Shown: positions 62,416 through 64,000 of the stretch, piece after piece | How the letters are laid out: each line of letters opens with the position of its first letter | How positions within the stretch are numbered: the stretch's first letter is position 1 | NCBI GenBank assembly: GCA_020348925.1 | Contig: CP070758.1 | Location: 4,169,688 to 4,233,687 of the forward strand | Reading direction: 5' to 3' | Origin: Gemmatimonadota bacterium | GTDB lineage: Bacteria > JBHIER01 > G020348925 | DNA length: 64,000 nucleotides | Made by a program: the position numbers and the translations under genes | The notes under the pieces: generated by a model | What the model was told of the DNA's origin: nothing | Databases searched by the model: none | Seen by the model: the letters and a program-made list of their open reading frames with translations, nothing else

Positions 62416-62892
62416 TCAGAGATGTTCGGGTGTTATATTATTCCCTTGGGGTAAAACCTCCAGGATTTCCTCTATAGCATCAAGCCGGAACAGACGGTCT
62501 GCTCCTCTCAGTTCACAGAAAGCTGAAAAGTACGGGCCAATAGACTCATCAGCAATTTCGTATGGCCTGACGACACGCTCCGTGGTTTCGCCGGTGGTAT
62601 GAGCATGGTATCGAATACGCAGTCGTTGGCCCTGACTCAATGCACTCTTGACCTGTTGAAAAATCACAGGATCAACCTCATGGTATTCGAACGTTTCATA
62701 AATTTCTTTAAGTTCCTGCATTACTAAAGATTTTATCTCTGCAATGTCCTCATCACTGAGAGTCGGTTTGACCTTATCCCAGATCCGCTTCAAGGTATTA
62801 TCATCCGCCACGGTGAACCGTTCAAAACCGAGCTGGCAGAGCAATGCAATCTCAAAAAGTTCGTCCTTGGTCAAAGATATGTTGTCAGGCAT
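62416..62892 (-). CDS. Small WYL-domain protein without a recognisable HTH
   Basis: LRIRYH....TTERVVRPYEI..YFSAFCELRGADRLFRLDAI. Confidence 0.85.
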   Translation of the reverse strand: MPDNISLTKDELFEIALLCQLGFERFTVADDNTLKRIWDKVKPTLSDEDIAEIKSLVMQELKEIYETFEYHEVDPVIFQQVKSALSQGQRLRIRYHAHTTGETTERVVRPYEIADESIGPYFSAFCELRGADRLFRLDAIEEILEVLPQGNNITPEHL

Positions 62893-63036
62893 TCAGGGTA
62901 TCCTTTCCTTGGAACAGAGTAATCATAGAGACACGAACCTTCAAAATATTCGAATATAATTTAAAGTACTGGAGGAGGAAAATCCTAAAGAAAAAATATG
63001 CTCAAAGTTTTCATATGTGATAAGGATTGAGAATAT

Positions 63037-63300
63037 CTAAAAGATGAGCTTAATCCAAAATGCGAAGAAGAGAATGATTCCGAAGAACAAATAAAGCACC
63101 ATAAAGAGCCAAGGTAATCGCGCTTCGGGATCAGAAAAATTAATCCTTGGCCAGGAATCATGTTGCCCATTTCATCCCGCGGATAAAGTTTGCCTTCTTT
63201 GTGGAACATCCTTATCGAGTCTGGCATTTCGTCTTCCATATCCCGGAGAGTATCAATACGAAGCTTGAGAGGATGACCTTTTTCATTGATCGAAGATTCC
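63037..63300 (-). pseudogene. Probable truncated, frameshifted remnant of a small membrane-protein gene
   Basis: KLRIDTLRDMEDEMPDSIRMFHKEG.. continues after a shift at a T5 run into FSDPEARLPWLFMVLYLFFGIILFFAFWIKLIF*. Confidence 0.35.
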
Positions 63301-63538
63301 TTTTAAGGATGAATGCTAAGTTTAATATGTTTTGTCAATGAATTTTCTATGAGTCACGAGATTTTTTCGGACAGGAGTAAACCCTGTCCCTATGATTTCT
63401 GCAGGATCTCCGGAGTTACCGCTTCAGCGGTTTATTCAACCGCTTTTCCGGTATAATCCCGTAAACGGGTAACTCCTTGCGCGCTATGAAAAGTGTGGCT
63501 GCAATCTTAAGCCCATGGTCTCAAAGACTCCAGAATTC

Positions 63539-64000
63539 TCAAGACCACATACTTCTCTCTCGGAGAAAATCCAACGTTTCTTGAAGGGAAGGAATGCCCG
63601 TCCGGCCGCCGAGTTTGGTGCATTTGAGGGCGGCCACACCACTGGCGAACGTGACTGTCTTCTTCAGATCCCATTCCTGCAACACTCCGAACACAAAAGC
63701 CCCGTGAAAGACATCACCGGCCCCCGTCGTGTCCGCGACATCGACCTCAAATCCAGGATACGAAAACTTCTCTTTTGGGGTGAAGCATACCCCTCCGCGC
63801 TCACCCTGAGTGATGACGACGACCTCAGGGCCTGAGGCAAGCAGATCTTTACAAACATCGGCTGAACTTTTATCCGGTGCATAATCGGAAACAAAATACT
63901 CCGGGGCAATAACGACATCGACGAATTTCAACAACTCGGTCGCGTCCGGTTTGAATGCCCCGGTGTCGAGGACGACTTGAATTCCTTTATCCCTGGCCAT
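63539..64000 (-). CDS. PfkB-family carbohydrate kinase, C-terminal part (runs off the window)
   Basis: VVVITQGERG, VADTTGAGDVFHGAF, AALKCTKLGGR.GIP. Confidence 0.93.
   Translation of the reverse strand: MARDKGIQVVLDTGAFKPDATELLKFVDVVIAPEYFVSDYAPDKSSADVCKDLLASGPEVVVITQGERGGVCFTPKEKFSYPGFEVDVADTTGAGDVFHGAFVFGVLQEWDLKKTVTFASGVAALKCTKLGGRTGIPSLQETLDFLRERSMWS

Overview
Bacterial genomic DNA in which every credible gene is on the minus strand. The sorting-like motif 'FALFQNCPNPFNP', a dockerin and a C10 peptidase suggest an FCB-superphylum candidate lineage (inference). Five blocks are present. (1) 61-5770: ahcY, metK, a sugar-phosphate nucleotidyltransferase, a PGI/PMI and a GHL10 protein. (2) 5855-21798: a complete S10-spc-alpha ribosomal superoperon and the 3' end of tuf, ending at a 100-N gap. 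(3) 21899-34300: an accessory island of secreted proteins, namely a three-module plant-type LRR/Ig protein, two paralogous signal-peptide-bearing phage-fibre-like proteins with different self-cleaving chaperone domains (S74-like and G2-like), a small dockerin protein and a C10 cysteine protease. (4) 34879-61938: a respiratory supercluster with selenocysteine formate dehydrogenase fdhAB, mobA/fdhD/fdhE, an unusual thioredoxin-CxxCH-FMN-motif protein, a porin, a tetraheme cytochrome c, an 11-heme cytochrome c/b fusion, and a rearranged complex I operon (nuoEFG-ABCD-H-menA-IJKLMN, nuoM frameshifted). (5) 62416-64000: a stand-alone WYL protein, a probable gene remnant and a partial PfkB kinase. 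The best candidates for undescribed systems are the fibre/dockerin/protease/LRR island and the FDH-associated redox module. All family assignments are by motif recognition; no searches were run.
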